Source: a virus (lineage: Duplodnaviria > Caudoviricetes). Taken from it: a DNA stretch of 27,553 nucleotides. A program made the position numbers and the translations under genes. The notes under the pieces were generated by a model. It ran no database searches and was not told the origin of the DNA. It was given only the letters and a program-made list of their open reading frames with translations. Shown here piece after piece: positions 25,679-27,553 of the stretch (the first letter of the stretch is position 1; each line of letters starts with the position of its first letter). The DNA is taken from the IMG/VR virus record IMGVR_UViG_3300027728_000069, positions 1 through 27,553 of that record. The stretch is one strand, 5' to 3'.

Positions 25679-26815
25679 ATGGCAAACGTATATCTTTTAA
25701 ATGTATCACCCGACGCAGTTACTCTAGGTAATGTTTTTAGTACTGCGAGAGGATACATATACAAAAATCCAACACAATATTCTGCAACATTAAGTTATGC
25801 CTTTACTAGTACATTGCAGGATTCATCATTGCAGTTATATCAAGAAACAAGTGCAGGTATAACAATCTCAGATTACAGCGCACTTAGTAGAAGAGAATCA
25901 CTAGGACCAGATGTTCCTACAGCAGGACCCTTTATTGAAAATTATTCAGTAGACGGTAACTTAGATACAACATCTTTTATTGCTATTTTATTAATAGATA
26001 AACCTCCAATTAAAACGGGATATTTTGAATTCTATATAGGCGATATTTACTTTACAGGATTTATATCTAAGCAAATAAAATATACAAAATATAACTGGGA
26101 AAGAATTGGAACAAAGTACGGGTATGTCGCAAAAGATGAAGACTTAGGTTATGGTATTGAAATAAGTAAAAATTTACTTTATACTGCAATTCAAGTAGGC
26201 GACAAATATGAGTATATCCCAACAGAATTAAATTCATTTTTAAGAAATTTATCTGGAGGAGAAGAAATACGAAGCACAGCTACTACTGAGGATCCTAATG
26301 ATTATATTCAAAGTATACCAGGATTACCAAAAGGTACAAGTGGTTCTCTTCCAGTAAATTTATTTTATATTTCTGCGGCAGACGCATTAAGTTATATTGC
26401 GAGTTATTCAGATTTAATAGAGTCTTTTGGCACAGACTATGCAAAAGGACAATTAAATTATGTAACCGACCCTAGAGCAATAACATTTAATCCTATTGCT
26501 TATTTAAATAAGTATTCCGATATAAGACAACAATATGGTTATGATACTTATGGTGCAACAGAACATTACATTTTATTTGGATATTCTCAAGGTAGAAACA
26601 TAGATGATAGTAGTACTAGTGATCCTTTAACAGGAGGGCTATATGACGAACGTACAGGGTCTATTGCTCTTGCAAAGAATTTAATAGTTTGGCCACAAGG
26701 AGAAACTATTGCTGGGCGCGGATCAGTGTTAACATACAAATATAATACGTCTTCCTTTTTCTTAAACGGAAGTGCGGAAATGACTGGTAATTTAGTTTAT
26801 CTTGGATTTCAATAA
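25679..26815 (+). CDS. Hypothetical virion protein with YIASY-DL repeat pair
   Basis: 378-aa ORF in the operon; contains ALSYIASYSDLIESFGTD and FNPIAYLNKYSDIRQQYGYD..GATEHYILFGYSQGR. Confidence 0.7.
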   Translation: MANVYLLNVSPDAVTLGNVFSTARGYIYKNPTQYSATLSYAFTSTLQDSSLQLYQETSAGITISDYSALSRRESLGPDVPTAGPFIENYSVDGNLDTTSFIAILLIDKPPIKTGYFEFYIGDIYFTGFISKQIKYTKYNWERIGTKYGYVAKDEDLGYGIEISKNLLYTAIQVGDKYEYIPTELNSFLRNLSGGEEIRSTATTEDPNDYIQSIPGLPKGTSGSLPVNLFYISAADALSYIASYSDLIESFGTDYAKGQLNYVTDPRAITFNPIAYLNKYSDIRQQYGYDTYGATEHYILFGYSQGRNIDDSSTSDPLTGGLYDERTGSIALAKNLIVWPQGETIAGRGSVLTYKYNTSSFFLNGSAEMTGNLVYLGFQ

Positions 26816-27297
26816 TGGGTTTATCTTTAAATAGTTCAAATTTTACAATTACCGATGGGCAAGGTAATACCAAGTTTTCGCTTGATCGAAAAATGCCGCA
26901 CATTTTATATAATGTTCCTGGATATATTGGTGTGCCCCAGGTATTGGGATTAAATCCAACTGCGGGGTATATAAACAGAACTGAAGAGTACGTTCTTGTT
27001 AATAATGCCTTAATAAATACTAATGACTATTTTGTTATGCCATTTTATAAGATAAATGGTGGCGTCGCGGACACAGGAAGCTATGTTATAGCAGGGGCAG
27101 GATCAACAGTATTTAGGCAAATAATACAACCTAGTACAGGACTATTTTTAGGGTCTTCTATTTTAACCACAGTTGTTGAACCAGGAATTCTAAAATTAGT
27201 TATAAAACATAATTTTGATAGACAAGGTTATACTAATATCGCAGGCGATGATATTATTAACATTGCATACAGAGTATATTACGGGAGATTTAAATGA
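26815..27297 (+). CDS. Hypothetical protein, probable fibre-tip associated
   Basis: 160-aa ORF with a TAATG overlap; N-terminus MGLSLNSSNFTITDGQGNTKFSLDR. Confidence 0.7.
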   Translation: MGLSLNSSNFTITDGQGNTKFSLDRKMPHILYNVPGYIGVPQVLGLNPTAGYINRTEEYVLVNNALINTNDYFVMPFYKINGGVADTGSYVIAGAGSTVFRQIIQPSTGLFLGSSILTTVVEPGILKLVIKHNFDRQGYTNIAGDDIINIAYRVYYGRFK

Positions 27298-27491
27298 TTA
27301 ATATTATAAGTTTAGCAGTTAACCATGTTGAGGACAACACCGTTGTCACAGCAGAAGAATATGAAGAAAAGAATTCTGTGAAAAGAATGAAAAATAAATT
27401 CATTATAACTTTAACAGGTCAACATAGTTCTTTTGATGATAATTTAGTTAACTTAATAGAAACAGAATTAAGAAATAACGGATACATCTAA
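27294..27491 (+). CDS. Small hypothetical protein
   Basis: 65-aa ORF with an ATGA overlap with the previous gene; fills the gap to the next ATG. Confidence 0.65.
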   Translation: MINIISLAVNHVEDNTVVTAEEYEEKNSVKRMKNKFIITLTGQHSSFDDNLVNLIETELRNNGYI

Positions 27492-27493
27492 AA

Positions 27494-27553
27494 ATGTCAT
27501 TAACCAAAAATATTTCGTTAACCCAGGGATTAACGTTTACCGATACCATACAG
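27494..27553 (+). CDS. Start of a further gene, truncated by window edge
   Basis: ATG 2 nt after the previous stop, open to the end (MSLTKNISLTQGLTFTDTIQ); the NxxIxQGxTF-like start resembles small T4-like structural ORFs. Confidence 0.55.
   Translation, partial: MSLTKNISLTQGLTFTDTIQ

Noticed and set aside
9302-26903. Numerous short minus-strand ORFs opposite the structural operon
   Set aside because: Antisense shadows of real genes, with no start signals or motifs.
1-27553. CRISPR arrays, tRNAs, introns, inteins, DGR repeats
   Set aside because: Intergenic space is minimal, and I saw no nucleotide-level repeat arrays, Hint motifs or reverse transcriptase by eye.

Overview
An AT-rich 27.5 kb segment of a T4-like myophage (T4 superfamily; cyanophage/environmental-type gene order), almost entirely virion tail and baseplate genes. 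It starts with the 3' end of the ssDNA-binding protein gp32 and its terminator. A leftward operon follows (gp4, gp2, gp54, gp26, gp51, putative tape measure). A long rightward operon then runs gp48, gp53, gp27-like hub, gp5, gp25, gp6, a two-part gp7, gp8, a two-part VrlC/DUF4815-like protein, a gp9/10-anchored fibre and several small tip/receptor-binding candidates. T4-type late promoter motifs (NATAAATA) are present. Three observations stand out. (1) A canonical in-frame -1 slippery heptamer (T TTT TTC) sits at the end of gp26, and its -1 frame is the gp51 homolog missed by the ORF track; the pair lies between a tube-family gene and the putative tape measure, like lambda V-G-GT-H. (2) The VrlC-like protein is interrupted by a ~270-aa Gly/Ala hydrophobic segment capped by an S74 self-cleaving chaperone domain. 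(3) gp5 carries an apparently catalytically degenerate lysozyme-like insert plus a C-terminal M15 zinc peptidase, with no adjacent PAAR gene. All family assignments come from motif recognition and synteny, not database searches.
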